Below are positions 25,581 to 38,999 of a DNA stretch of 64,000 nt, one piece after another; position 1 is the stretch's first letter, and every line of letters starts with the position of its first letter. This stretch comes from Camelus dromedarius (Eukaryota), in NCBI RefSeq assembly GCF_036321535.1, contig NC_087436.1:5890001-5954000 (forward strand), in the 5' to 3' direction. The notes beneath the pieces are model-generated. The model was not told the DNA's origin. It saw only the letters and a list, made by a program, of their open reading frames with translations, and searched no databases. The translations under genes and the position numbers were made by a program.

Positions 25581-27990
25581 GGTGGAGGACGGATGCAACG
25601 ATCCGATTTACATCTTAAAATGTTTACTCTAGTTGATTTGTGGAGACACAAGAGGCAGAAAAAGCATCAGTCTAAATATTAGGTGAGATGAACAGTTAGG
25701 TAACTGAACAACAGTGGCGGTGTAGAAGATGGATACAAAGTTCAGGTTGGCAGATAATTAAAATACAAAATAGGCAGGTTTCAGAGAGCAATTAGAGTCT
25801 TCTTGTTATTATTTCATGGACTCTAAAATTCTACACTTTTCTATGGATTCTTCATTGTCCCACTTTATTTCTCCCAATGAAGCCTGACTCAACGGGAGCA
25901 TTCTAAGGACAAGAAATGTTCTACGTATGAATTATCAGCGGAGGAAAATAATTTCTTTTGCAGCTTTATTATTTAGTGATCTTTGACTATTGCAATGTGA
26001 TTAAAAACTAAATCACAGACATGCCATATGATTAAAGATTTTATTAGCCTCCTGAAACATAAATACATGCATCCCATGCCAGACAGTTGGGGAAAAATCC
26101 CCTGAACACCTGAGATTTAGATGATCTGACTACCATGCAATAGAAATAGAGAATTATATTTTCATATTTCCTCTTTGCAAATAAACTATAAAGTAGCTCA
26201 TAAAATTTTGTCTTTACTGAGTAAAATCACCAAATGAAGATAAGCATTGAGTGGAAATTTTCTTATTAAATTGTTCAGTGTATCTTTTAGCATGCATTTT
26301 TCTCTGAAAAAATGCATAGAAGCAACGGAATTTGAAGCCTCAGTCAATGGCTTTTAATATGTGCATATATATGAAAAAGTTCTATATCTCATCCAACTCA
26401 GCAATTTAATTTTATATATATTATGGGATTTAAAATGAGTGATTAAAAATACAGACATTCTTCTCATTTTTAGAGGTCTAAAAATCCTATTCCGTGGCAC
26501 TTCAGAACTCCCAGCCTGGCCTTTTCCCTTCATTGACTTGTATTTCACATTTTCCCTTCTAGATCAGTATCAGAGAGAGCTGGTGGTGAGGAACACTCAC
26601 GGAGACAAGGTGGAGGACAGGAGGAAACGTGAAATCTCCACATGGCCTCCTTAGGCATTCATATTAGAATTTCAATAGGCAGAGCTTCAATTCTTTATTA
26701 AAATGTTTCTTGGATGATTACAGTAAAAATACAACACAAGTGATCACATTAAACACAAAGGCTCGACTGAATAAAATGGGAAGTGAATGGATGTAGTGGA
26801 TGGGAACATTTCAACAATAAAAAACCAGTAACATTGACTTCACAGTTTTATTTAGTGCCACGGGGACATAGGGAGTGGAGCGCGTCACGTCTCTGCAGGG
26901 GGTTTCTAGCAGGAGGAAGTGGCCATGACGACCCAGAATGGGCAGGTTGGCCGTTAAGTGTGATGGACAGACCCCAGACGCTAGACTGTAAACTAGACAC
27001 ATGAACAGGAGTCAGACGGTAACAGACTCACTGTCTCTGAGGTCTAACGCTCTGAAGGCTTCTTTCTTACTCACCCAACATGGACAATTCCCATCAAGTT
27101 GGGCTCCCAGCTCCTTCTCCACGTGGTGGCAGGAACCCTAATGTTGTCCATGCTGTGGCTTGGCCATCACATCATTTGGCAGAGAGAGAGAAAATGGAAG
27201 AACACTGGACTGCTCTTCATCAGCCTCTGAGGACACCTGGGGCTGCCACCCACAATTCATGGGCCACTCACAGCAGTCATGCAACCTATAACCACCACCA
27301 TAATCAAGAAAACAGTTCACTCACCCCCTACAAAGTTCCCCTGGGCCCCTTTATGATAAATCCAACCTTCCCACCTCCAGCCCTTGGGAACAACTGTCAA
27401 ACTTTCCAAAAAGCTTGCCTTTCCCAGAATAAGAATAAATGAAGGTCATACAGTGAATAGCTTCTGCGTCTGGAATGTTTCACTTAGCATAACAGAGTCA
27501 TCCATGTTCTTGACTATATCCTTTTACAGTCTTTTTTACTGCTCACTAGCATTCCATTCAATGGATATTCTACAACCACTTTGTCTACAAATGGTGGATC
27601 TTTGAGTAGATTCCTGTTCGGGGCACTTAGGAATAAAGCTTCTATGAACATACTTATTAACCCATGGTATTGTTTGTTTGATTTGGTTGGGTTTCTCATT
27701 GTGGTTTTAGTTTGCATTTCTCTAATCATTAATGATAACGAGCATCTTTCATTGAACTTTATTTTTCATCCCAGCTCTGTCAGTTTTTGCTTTGTGCATT
27801 TTGAAGCTCTGTTGTTCAGGGATATACACATTTAGGATTGTTACGGCCTCTTGCTGAATTTAAAACTGCCATTACGTCCTTCTAATCTTCTGAAATCTAA
27901 TTTGCTTGAAAAAAAAGTAGCTACCCCAGCTCTGACTGGTTCTCCACCATCATGATTTTTAGCAAGACATTCAATTTCAGCTCCTTTACA

Positions 27991-28490
27991 CTTTTTTTTT
28001 CTTCAATTGAAGTATAGTCAGTTTATAATGTTGCATCAATTTCTGGTGTATATGGTAGTATTTCAGTCATCCATATACATACATATATTCCTTTTCACAT
28101 TCTTTTTCATTATAGATTATTACAAGATATTGAATATAGTTCCCGGTGTTATACAGTAGAAACTTGTTGTTTATCTATTTTACATATAGAAATGTGTATC
28201 TGCTAATCCCAAACTCCCAATTTATCCCTTTCCATTCTTTTTCCCATGGTAACCATAAGTTTGTTTTCTGTCTATGAATCTGTCTCTGCTTTGTAAATAA
28301 GTTCATTTGTGCCATTTTTTAGATTCCACATATAAGTGGTATATGATATTTGTCTCTCTATTTGAGTTACTTCATTTCGTATGATTATCTCTAGGTCCAT
28401 CCATGTTGCTGAAAATGGCATTATTGTATTCTTTTTTATAGCTGAGTAATATTCCACTGTACAAATATACCACAGCTTCTTAATCATTTG
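27991..28490 (-). mobile_element. L1 3' end
   Basis: Poly-T then 'caattgaagtatagtcagtttataatgttg'. ORF 28272-28529 '[18 protein letters not shown]...MPFSATWMDLE'. Confidence 0.92.
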
Positions 28491-29429
28491 ATGGTGACTG
28501 GTGTCTCTTGCTCCTGTTCTTTGCCACAAGTGAGCTGGTCTGCACAGACCTCCTCTCCCAGAGGTGCCTTTCCTTTCTTGGAATTCAGAATTCAGAATTC
28601 TTGTGCCACAACCTCAGGTTTATGATGGATTCTAAAAAAGTTATGATTTCATAGTTTTTGTGTCTTTTTCTCATTGTTAGCATTTTTTCACTTAAGATTT
28701 TCTAAAACTGAACTATAGTTACATTTAAGGGGTTCACTGAAATAGTTTGTACCATAAGCACTCCCCACCTCCTGGTAAAGGTAGCCCCCAGCCTCAAAGA
28801 CAAATCTGAATTGCCAAAGTAAAGGGGAAATTGACAGTTTTTAAAAAAAATCTTTTAAATCTTAACTTCAAAGAGAACTGCATTGCATTTCCAGTAAAGG
28901 TTAAAATGGAAATAATTTATTTTGATCTACGGTTTGTAATAGAAAGCAGTGTTTGGAAAGTTTTCTGAGTGTAGTGGAAAAAATGAGTTTTATGGAGTCT
29001 ATTTTTCTCTGAAATGACATTGTGTTTGACACTTCAGAGTTGCAAACTCTTCCTGTAATCACCTTTTTCATTTTCTCACATTGACACTTCCAACAATCAA
29101 GCCATAACTTCTGATCTCACACCTCGCATCACAAATTGGGGCTCAGAAAGTTCTGTCACATTGGGAATTCCCACACCAATGTGAACTTTAACATCTCAGC
29201 CTGAAGAGAGGACACTTTCAAAATCTCCCGTCAAGATGTGGGAGACAAAGAAATTGTATTGTATTTTAGACTTGTATTTTAGATTTATGGTATTATATGT
29301 AGGTTAATTTTAGATAGCAGTTAAATAAGAACCAGTTTTCAAAGAATTTCATAATAATGTGGCCTTAGTAATATATATCTAAAATAATATATCTCTATAT
29401 TTTCTGAAGATTTGAGGAAAACACTAAAA

Positions 29430-30390
29430 TGCATAATTTGTATGTTTTAATAATGGAGTATGTCAAGCACACAGAAAAGTACAAAAATGTACATGCCCGA
29501 CCCTTTGTACTTGCTAGAGAAATTTAAAAGATGTTCATATTTTTTACTGTTTGCTTTATACCACTTTCTTTTTTGTTAATTTTGAGAGCATAAAATCATA
29601 ACAATACAATACCAGCATAATCTATCAACTTGTGTATAAACACTATCCTGGAATTGGTGTCTAAATAAATATTATATGTTTTTATATACTTATTGCATAT
29701 ATAGGTATGCCCAGAAATGTATATACTATTGTTTTTCACCATTACATTTTATATTAATGCCAAATTAGAGTTTTTATCCTTTGGCAAATTGTTCTTAGAA
29801 CTCAATATTGTGTTTTTAAGATTCATTCATGTTGATACAGGTAAATATTCTTTCGTTTTAACTGTAGTAGAGTATTCCAAGTATGAAAAAAATACAGTTT
29901 ATCTATTTGTTTACTAAGTGACAGTTAAATTTATTCTATTTTTTCAATGTTATAATCTGTGATAAAATAAAAAGACGTGTGTCTCACACACAGGAATGAG
30001 TGTTTCAAAGGTAGAAATTTTATAATAAAATCACTAAGATATGCACATTTTGAGTCTGCTACATATCTTTTAAATGCTCTCCAAAATACGTGTTCCACTT
30101 TGCACTCTCACCAGCTACATGCAAAAATTTCTCCTTCCTCACATCTATTCCAGTGCTTGGTGAACCCAGACATTTATTTCTGACCATCTGTGGTTTTAGA
30201 GGTGCTGTCTTATTGCAGTTTTAATTAATTTGCTTACTAGTTTGATTGAGCATTCATTTTTACCCTTTTTTCTTATCTGGTGGATTGCTTGCTTACATCC
30301 TTTGTTTTTTAAATTGGGTGGCTTATCTATCTATTTTTCAGTTAAGGGAGTTTTTATATTCTGGATACTAATCCTCAGTCATCTATAGTT
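29430..30390 (-). mobile_element. Old L1ME-like 3' region
   Basis: 'gattcattcatgttgat...actgtagtagagtattcc...ctccaaaatacgtgttccactttgcactctcaccagc...tatattctggatactaatcct'. Confidence 0.65.
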
Positions 30391-30643
30391 ACAGCAAAAT
30401 GATAGAATCAGTATGTTGCCATTATATAAATAGCATATAATATTATATCATTAATATAAATATTAATGATAAAAATAATAGTCTGTCCACTTCTGTGCAT
30501 AAGTACATATACGATTAACATACAAAGACATAGGGAATTCATTTATATCAACTTCAGGGTAGCAGTTATTTAGGGATTGGGAAGATGTTTTGCTAATTCC
30601 TGTATTGTTACTTTTTTTTCTTAAATCTAAAAGAGAGATGCAA

Positions 30644-31162
30644 TGTACTAGGGAAGAACAAATCTGACTCCACGTTAGATCTGTTCCTTTGGCTCTAACC
30701 CTGGGCTCTCTTTCCTGGGCTCAGTCACCACTGGTTCTGCACCTTTTGTAAAAGGATGTTACCTAGAGCCTGAAATAGACAGGAGAGCCCATTCTCAAGG
30801 CTCTGACCTTTAAGGGTTGACACTTTTCCATTCATATAGAGATTAAAAGTTGCAGAATAGAAAATAACATTTGCTTTGTTGAAGGTTTGCAGGGACACCA
30901 TGACCTGACCTACCTGAACAGCTGCAAGAACAAAGGATTCCAACAACAGGAAGTTTGCAACAACTGACCACACCCCCTCCCCTTTTAGTATTAAAAAATC
31001 CTGAATTCTGACTTGGGGAAGATGGTTCTCTGGGACATTAGCCCTCCATCTTCTCAGTCTGCTGGCTTTCTGAATAAAGTCACTATTCCTTGCCCCAACA
31101 CCTCATCTCCAGGTTTATTGTCCTGTCCTGGGGCAAGCAGAATAATTTTGAACTTGGTAACA
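30644..31162 (+). mobile_element. ERV solo LTR, family A, copy 3
   Basis: TGTACTAGGGAAGAAC...GGTAACA, colinear with copies 1 and 2. TATA degraded (tattaaaaaa). AATAAA at 31073-31078. Confidence 0.9.
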
Positions 31163-32146
31163 ATATGAAGCAAACATTAGCTATATTAACATCTTTTAAA
31201 TCTTTGTGGCTTATCATTTACTTTTCTGTTTTTTTGGTGGGAAATTTAAGTTTTGTTATAAATAAGTTCATCACTATTTCCTTTGTATTTTTATTACTTA
31301 TTTACAAAATCTTATTCTATCCTGATATTTTAATCTTATATCTTTTTTCTAAAGGGTTTATAGCAATATATTTAGAGATTTAGTCCATGCAAATAAAAAA
31401 AAAACTATACCTATCTTACCTGAAATAATTTCTAGCTTACAGAAAAATTGTTAGGATAGACCAGATTTCCAAACTGTTACTATTTTGGCAATTTGCTCAA
31501 TCACTTCCTCTATCTTTTTGCCCATTTGAGAGTAAGTTGTTTTTGACCCTTAACACTTCAAGGTGTATTTTCTAAGAAAAAGGGCATTGTCACAATGAAA
31601 TGGTCAAAATCAGTATATTAACACTGATACAATATTATTCCCTAAATATAGTTCTTATTTTATGCTCAGAATTTTTTCCAATAACATGCTTTATAATTTT
31701 TTTTTTTATATTCTAGAACCCAGTGCAGGAACGTGAATTACATTTAGTTTCCAGGTTTTTTAAGCCTCTTTTCTTCTTTTTTCTCTTTCTTTTTCCTTCT
31801 TTGTTTTTCTTTTAACATAATACTTATCCTGTTAAAATCTCTAATACTAATTGAGCAACCAAGGGTTCATTGTAAACTTTCTTTCCATATTTGTAAACTG
31901 TTCACCACAGGAAAAAACAAAAATAAAAATGGGCTCCCATTAGCCTCAGAGCACTGGCTTATTTGCTTAGTGCTGAAATATACAGACAGTAATTTCAGAA
32001 TTAGTCTACATCACTCCAGAAAGTTGCACCAATTTGCATTTCCATCAGCAACATATTAGAGATCCCTGAAGCCACATTAGCAGGATATGTTGTCAACCTT
32101 TAAAATGTTTCCCAATCTAATAGGTGAGCATTATATTTCAGTGAGT

Positions 32147-32894
32147 TTTATTAACAGCTTTATTGAAGTATAATTGACATATAAACAGTGGACATGTTTA
32201 AAGTGTACAGCTCCATGTTTTGATGTATACATTGTGAAATAATCTCCACAATCAAACTAATTAACATATCCATCACCTCCACGTAGTTACCATTTTCCTT
32301 TCCTTTTCTCTCCCTCCCCTCTTATCTTTTCCTTTCCTTTCCTTTCCTTTCCTTTCCTTTCCTTTCCTTTCCTTTCCTTTCCTTTCCTTTCCTTTCCTTT
32401 CCTTTCCTTTCCTTTCCTTTCCTTTCCTTTCCTTTCCTCTACTCCTCTTCTTTTCTTTTTGTCCCTTTTCTTTTTTCTTTTCAGTGGACACACTTAAGAT
32501 CTATCCTCTTTGCAAATTTCAAGTAGACAGTACACTCCTGTAAACCATGCTGTACTTTAGATCTCAAGAGCTCACCTCACATAACTAAAACCTTGCATTT
32601 TTTTGACCAACATCACCCTCTTCCTCCTCAACCCAGCCCCTGGCAACCGCCGTTCTATTCTCTGCTCCTATGAGTTTGATGATTTCATTGCAGCACAACA
32701 GCCAAGGTATGGAAACAACCTAAATGTCCATGGATGGATGGATAGGTAGATACATTATTTAGACTTAAAATGAAAAGAAATCCTGCCATTTGCAACAACC
32801 TTAGTGAGCCTGGAGGACATTATATTAATTGAAATAAGATGGACTCAGAAGAACAAATACTACAATATCTCACTTATTAGTGTAATCTGAAAGA
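32147..32894 (-). mobile_element. L1MA-like 3' end with 5' inversion (twin priming), inserted into an older L1
   Basis: Minus 3'UTR at 32147 to about 32684, joined to a plus-strand upstream L1 segment at about 32685-32893. TSD tcagtgagtttta / tcagtggatttta. Confidence 0.8.
32331..32435. repeat. (CCTTT)21 pentanucleotide microsatellite
   Basis: Perfect repeat read directly, inside a polypyrimidine tract at about 32293-32481. Confidence 0.95.
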
Positions 32895-33477
32895 ATCAGT
32901 GGATTTTAGTTTAGTTATTTGCATTGGTTACATTTGATATATTTAAGAGCCATTTTCATATTTTGTTTTGTGAATTATTTTTTTCCCAATTTTATTGGGC
33001 TGTATTTCTCCCTCAATAGTAGCTTTAAGCTATGATATATGTTGAAATATTTTTCCCATTCTGCACTTATCTTCTGACTTTGCAATATTTTTTGGCTTGT
33101 TTGTTCACATTACACTGATTTTGTATTTTTACAAAGTTAAATATATTCATTTTTTCTTATATTTAATCTGGACTTTAAGTTATGGTTAGATCATCTTACC
33201 AAAGAAGTCATCATTGCTTTCTTATGGTACTTGTATAATTTATTTTATTTTTATACTCAGTTCTCTCATCCGTCTGGATTAATTATTTTTGATGATGTGA
33301 AGTATAAGTCTAACTTCATCCATTTCTCTAAGTGAATATCCACTTGTTCCAGCACAATGTACTAAAAATGTCTATCATTGTCCTAGTGATCAGAGATACC
33401 CACTTTATCATAAATCAAGCTTCTGTACATTCTCTGGACTTTCTATTCTAGTCCACTGGTTTGCCTACTCATGTGAT

Positions 33478-33984
33478 TTTATTTATTTGTTTATTTGTTT
33501 GTTTGTTTGTTTATTTATTTTTCTATCTTTTTAAATTGAAGTATAGTTGATGTACACCATTACAAAAGTTACAAAAAAGTTACAAGGGTACAAAATAGTG
33601 ACTCACAACTTTTGAAAGTTATAGTCCATTACAATTATTATAAAACTTTGGATTATATTCCCTGTATTGTACAATATATCCTTGCAGCTTATTTTATACA
33701 TTATAGTTTGTACTTCTTAATCCCGTAAATCGTATATTGCCCCCCCTTCCCTCTCCCCACTAGTAACGACTAGTTTGTTCTCTGTATCTGTGAGTCTGCT
33801 TCTTTTTTGTTATACTCACTTATCTGTTGTAGTTTTAGATTCTATATATCAGTGATATCATACAGTAATTTTCTTTCTCTGCCTGACTTAATTTCACTTA
33901 GCATAATACCCTCCAAGTCCATCCATGTTGCTGCAAATGGCAAATTTCATTATTTTTTACAGCTGAGCAGTATTCCACTGTGTG

Positions 33985-34024
<40 letters not shown>

Positions 34025-34376
34025 ACATCTTCTTTATCCATTCATCTGTTGATGGATGGACATTTAGGTTGCTTCCATGTCTTGACAGTTGTAAATAATG
34101 CTGCTATGAACGTTGAAGTGCATGTATCTTTTTGAGTTAGTGATTTTTTTTCAGATATATACAATGGATTGGAATTGCTGAGTGATACGGTGGTTCTATT
34201 TTCAGTTTTTCAAGAAACTTCCATACTGTCTTCCACAATGGCTGCACCAATTTACATTCCCACCAACAGTGTACAAGGGTTCTCTTTTCTCCACATCCTC
34301 ATCAATATTTGCTATTTGAGTTATTTTCTATAATAGCCATTCTGACAGGTGTGAGCTAATATCTCATTGTGGTCTT
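33478..34376 (-). mobile_element. L1 3' portion with (TTTA/TTTG)n tail and internal (TA)(CA) repeat
   Basis: 'ttaaattgaagtatagttgatgtaca...ccatccatgttgctgcaaatggc...atagccattctgacaggtgtgag...tctcattgtggt'. Confidence 0.92.
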
Positions 34377-34909
34377 ACGCTTTTATTTTGTTCAACTGTT
34401 TGAGGTGTTTGACATGAAGAATCCTCAGATTTCTTTACCTTACTGCCTTGCCCTAATTAAACAGGTGTAATATACCACTTGTTCTTTCATATCTTAGAAT
34501 TTCCTGAACTAAACTAAATGAAAAAAGATAACTTTTTAAAACTTAATAGCTATGATGGAAAACCAATGTTCCAAGGAATATATCTTTGGAACAGCACTGT
34601 AGATCAGCTTTTGTTGTAGATACATAAATCCTAAATAAAATATTAGCAAATGGAATCCATCTGTGTTATTAAAAACTAATATACCATAACCAAATTGGGT
34701 TTAGTTTAGCATGCAAGAATAATCTCATATTAGGAAATCCATTTATGTAATTTATCAAAATAATTAAAGTTAAAGAGAAAAAATATATGATTGCTTCAAT
34801 AGAATCTAAAATATCTTATGATAAAATTCAACATCCACAAATGATGAAGCAAAAATTTACTGCTCAAAAAACAAATAAAACACAACTCTCAATGAACTAA
34901 TAGAAAAAT

Positions 34910-35340
34910 TTTCTTTTTTTATAACTTTTTTTATTGAGTTATAGTCAGTTTACAATGTTGTGCCAATTTCCAGTGTAGAGTACAATTTTTCAGTTATATA
35001 TGAACATACATATATTCATTGTTACATTCTTTTTCGCTGTGAGCTACCACAAGATCTTGTATATATTTTCCTGTGCTATACCATATAATCTTGTTTATCT
35101 ATTCTACATATGCCTGTCAGTATCTACAAATTTTGAACTCCCAGTCTGTCCCATCCCACTCCCCTCCCCCTTAGCAACCCCAAGTTTGTATTCTATTCTA
35201 TGAGTCTGTTTCTGTTTTGTATTTATGTTCTTTTTTTTTTTTTAGATTCCACATATGTGCGATCACATATGGTATTTTTCTTTCTCTTTCTGGCTCACTT
35301 CACTTGGAATGACATTCTCTAGGGACATCCATGTTGCTGC
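34910..35340 (-). mobile_element. Young L1 3' end inserted into an older plus-strand L1 ORF2 relic (about 34600-36120)
   Basis: 'ttttttattgagttatagtcagtttacaatgttgtgccaatttcc...ttagattccacatatg...catccatgttgctgc'. Flanks such as 'aaaatattagcaaat...atgataaaattcaacatcca' are ORF2-like. Confidence 0.9.
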
Positions 35341-37199
35341 GAATTCTTTATATAAAACAGACAACATATCATATCTACTGTTAAAATTATAGAAACATTA
35401 ATATCAAGGGAAAAAGCTACATCTTTGAAGTATACATTATCAAACATTTTGTGAATCATGTTAACAAAATAAGAGATGGAATTAGAGAGATAACATTATT
35501 TTATGCAAATAACATGTTTGTCTACACAGTAAATCCAGGAAATCAAAGAACAACAAAAAACAAAACAGTAGCACAAATGACAGAGCTTATTAAAATAGAC
35601 TAATGAAATTTTAATATAAATAATTACTCAGATATCAAAATGCTTCTAAAAGAGTGTTTGAAGGATAAATGAATAGAACAAAATGTAGATTCAGGAAACA
35701 GAGTTTAATTTATGTTAAATGTAATACTTCAAATTGGTGACCAAGAAGGAAATTAAGCGAAAAATTTCATTGCACTAATATGCTAATCTTTTCAACATAG
35801 CAAGATGATCCCTATATCACAAAAAACAAAAGAAAATTAATTCCCTATGGATTAAAATGAAAGAGGTCACACAATATGGAAATACAATAATTTTGTATTA
35901 TTTATGAAAAGTCTTTCTGAAGATGATGCTGTTTCCATAAACCACAAATGAAAAAGGGAAACTTATGTGTACATAAGCATAAAGACATAGTATACATCAC
36001 AAGGTCAAAATATAAGTGTATGAGGAAAGTATTTACCATTCTTAAGGCCAATGTTTGCCTAATACCTTTGATATAGCAAGAGTTTTTACAAACAAATAAC
36101 AAAAATATTACCAACATAACTTTTGTAATGGAAGTATCTCCTTTTCCATGATGATTTTTTTTTTCAAATCTTTGGTAATTCTCAGCTTACCAAAAATTGA
36201 GAAAAGATGGAAGAGTTAAATTCAAGTGAGAATGCCTGTTCTCTCATACATAAAAGAAGATCCTGTTTTTAAAACCCTACCTATCTTGGGTGAGTATGTG
36301 AGGGTGCTTGCAGGGGGATGTCATTATAGATCAGCACGTGGCTGCGGAGGGTATGCAGAGAACTTGCTATTTGGGTGTGTACACCACCCACCTGGTGAAT
36401 ATACAATCTTAAGCTTACCTTTACTTCCCAAGACACATCACCTACCTTGGCTGTCTCCTGGGCGGAACTCCTACTTCAAATTTGGACTCACAGAAGATTT
36501 GGTTTGGGGCCAACGGACAGAACCTACTACTCCTGATATTTACTTATTTTCCTTTTGTAAAGATTTCTTACCACCCCAGGCTCTGCCGGCATCCTCTGTA
36601 TGCACCACCTGTGTGGCTGGAGTTCCACCTGAGCAATCATTTTAGTTATAAAGTTATTCTTAGGTCTGTAGCCTTGAAGAACTGTCCCTGGTATACCTCT
36701 TATACCATTTCAAAACAAAATGCTACATTGGACTCAGCTATTCAGAATATAGTCTTCCAGTTAGTTGCTCTGTGAACTGCCCCCCAATGACTCCGCCCTT
36801 ATCCTGAATTTTTTTTCTTTGTACTTGACATTCCCCTGAGATTCTGTAGTGGAAAATTTCTTACTAGCATTGGATTTATGTTTCAAGCATCCTTGACTGA
36901 ATTTTTCTGCTCTGGGTTCTTCTTCAATCTTATCCCACTTTTCCTATATTTTAGATATCCTTCAAAATTTCTAACACCCGAATGGAAATTTACCTCACTA
37001 TCTTGTTCATAGTTTGTTCTGGATTTTTCATTTACTATAAAACCCACTTCTGGACTTTTCATATTATTTTCAGCCACTGTGTATCAATTGACTAGCAATA
37101 ATTTATTAATTTTATTAAACAGAAACAAAGTGCCCATCCTTTTAGAGAGCATCAGGGGGAAACTTTTCTCCATCCTCTAGCTTTTTGTTTTGGGATAAG

Positions 37200-37870
37200 G
37201 AGCAACTTCTCTCCATTTCCCACATCACTATAGACCTGTCACAATCACCCTTACTCTGGAATATTGCAATAGCACCTAATTTATGTCCCTGTTTACTGCA
37301 GACCCCTAAAAGTTATTCCTCCCAAGGTAGTCTGAATGATCATTCTTTTAGTATATAAATAATATGAGGTTAGCCCCCTAATAAAAACTCTCTCACATTT
37401 TCCTCTCACACATATAAGAAACCCCCAGAACCTTTATCCTAGTCTATTAAATCTTGCCTCCCAAACCAGAACTCATCTATCAGTAACACTGATATATACT
37501 GTTGCTCCTACGTGAGGGTTTTTGAACCAGCTTCTCCGTAACTTTGAAGTTCTTTTTCTCTCATCTCTGCATGGCAGGCTCCATGGTGTCCTTGAGACTT
37601 TAGCTGAAATACTGTGTCTTCAGGAAAGTCTGCCATGACCACCTGGTCTAGATCACTCCTCGGATCAGGCTAACTCATCATTGTAATTAATTTTTTATAG
37701 CTCTCTTCTGGCCATCTTTCTGATGACTTCTACAATTATTTATGTATGATTCATACTATGCTGTAAAAGTTATGAGAGCAGGGTCCTAGCCTGTCTAGTT
37801 CACTGCTGTATGCCCTGTGCATGCAACAGTGCCAGACACATGGAAGATGCTCCGTATGCTTTTGTGGCCA
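37200..37870 (+). mobile_element. L2 3' region
   Basis: 'gagagcagggtcctagcctgtctagttcactgctgtatgccc...aacagtgccagacacatggaagatgctc'. Confidence 0.75.
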
Positions 37871-38125
37871 AAGTGTACGGCGGGGGGAGGGTGAGACTGG
37901 GAGGAAAGCACAGGTGTGCCTGGTTCCTTGGATTGCTGCTTGTTGTGCTCTGATAAAGGCTAGTGCTCTCCTCTGATCCTGGCCCCCAAGTGACAAAGAG
38001 ACCAAGGTCCCATCAGTGGTACCCACAACTGGATGGACAAGTCCAGTTCAGTGAAGGATGAGTAGAAAGCCGCTCACTAGGTTCAACCTGCATTCACAAA
38101 TCCATCCTATTAGTGGAGATGATAT

Positions 38126-38884
38126 TATAACCCAGCAGGGCCCTATTGTCACCAGTGACCATCTGGTGTCTGTAATGGTGTCTGTAATTGCCTAACTGCG
38201 TAATGCTTTAAAGGGTTTGTCTCATGCTCTTGCTGATCAGGTTCGGGCTGGAGAGGAGGGAGGCCTGGGTGGTCCACCCAGCCCCCTCGTGGTGCTGTGT
38301 GCAAGGGTCATGCTCAGTGCCCTGCTCCTGACCCCAGTGCTCTGTTCCAGTCTGCAGTGCCCTCCTCTTGACCCCTTGTGGTTTCCTTGGATCCTGTTGT
38401 TTGAGCTGCAGCCCTCAGCCTGTGGCAGGAGGTCCCAGGCCTCAGCCTGCTCAAAAGGTTAAAAGCATTTACCCACCTGACTTTAAACAGCACAAGTTTC
38501 TCTCTAGAGCTCTTTTCCATGGAGCCTCTTCCTATGTATCCTTTGATCCAGGTACAAGAACATTAAGAGTCCCAGAGCCAGAGGTGAGCTTCACACCCAG
38601 CAGGGGGAAGGGGACGCTGCATCTGCAACAACAAGAACAACTTTGCATCGGTTTGTTACCCTGTGTGTGATCTCTGTGGAAACCAGCTCCACCCTTCACC
38701 TCTTGAACTTTTACATAAAACCTCTTGCCCTCTCTCCCCAGCAGGCTCACAGTCTTAGAGGCATTAGCTCACTGGGACCACCTTTGCCTGCAAAGAAATA
38801 AAGCTGCCTTTTCTATTTCATCCAAAACTCGGTCCTTATGTCTCAATTTGGTAAACGGGGTACAGAGGTTGTGTTTCAGCAACA
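38126..38884 (+). mobile_element. ERV1-type solo LTR with 4-bp TSD
   Basis: Starts tataacccagcagggccctat (TG decayed to TA), has CATAAAA and AATAAA, ends 'ttcagcaaca'. Flanked by ATAT (38122-38125) and ATAT (38885-38888). Confidence 0.75.
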
Positions 38885-38950
38885 ATATTGCAATCCCTAT
38901 GTGGCCTTTTGTGTAGGTTATATAAGAATCTAAAATAGCAAAAATATCCC

Positions 38951-38999
38951 ATTTGACACAACATTGTAAAATGATTATAAATCAATAAAAAATGTTAAA
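38951..38999 (+). mobile_element. 49-bp L1 3'-terminal micro-insertion
   Basis: 'atttgacacaacattgtaaaatgattataaatcaataaaaaatgttaaa' between perfect TSD aaaaatatccc (38940-38950 and 39000-39010). Confidence 0.85.

Noticed and set aside
32273..32493. Lys/Glu/Arg/Gly-repeat ORFs
   Set aside because: They are translations of the (AAAGG)n microsatellite.
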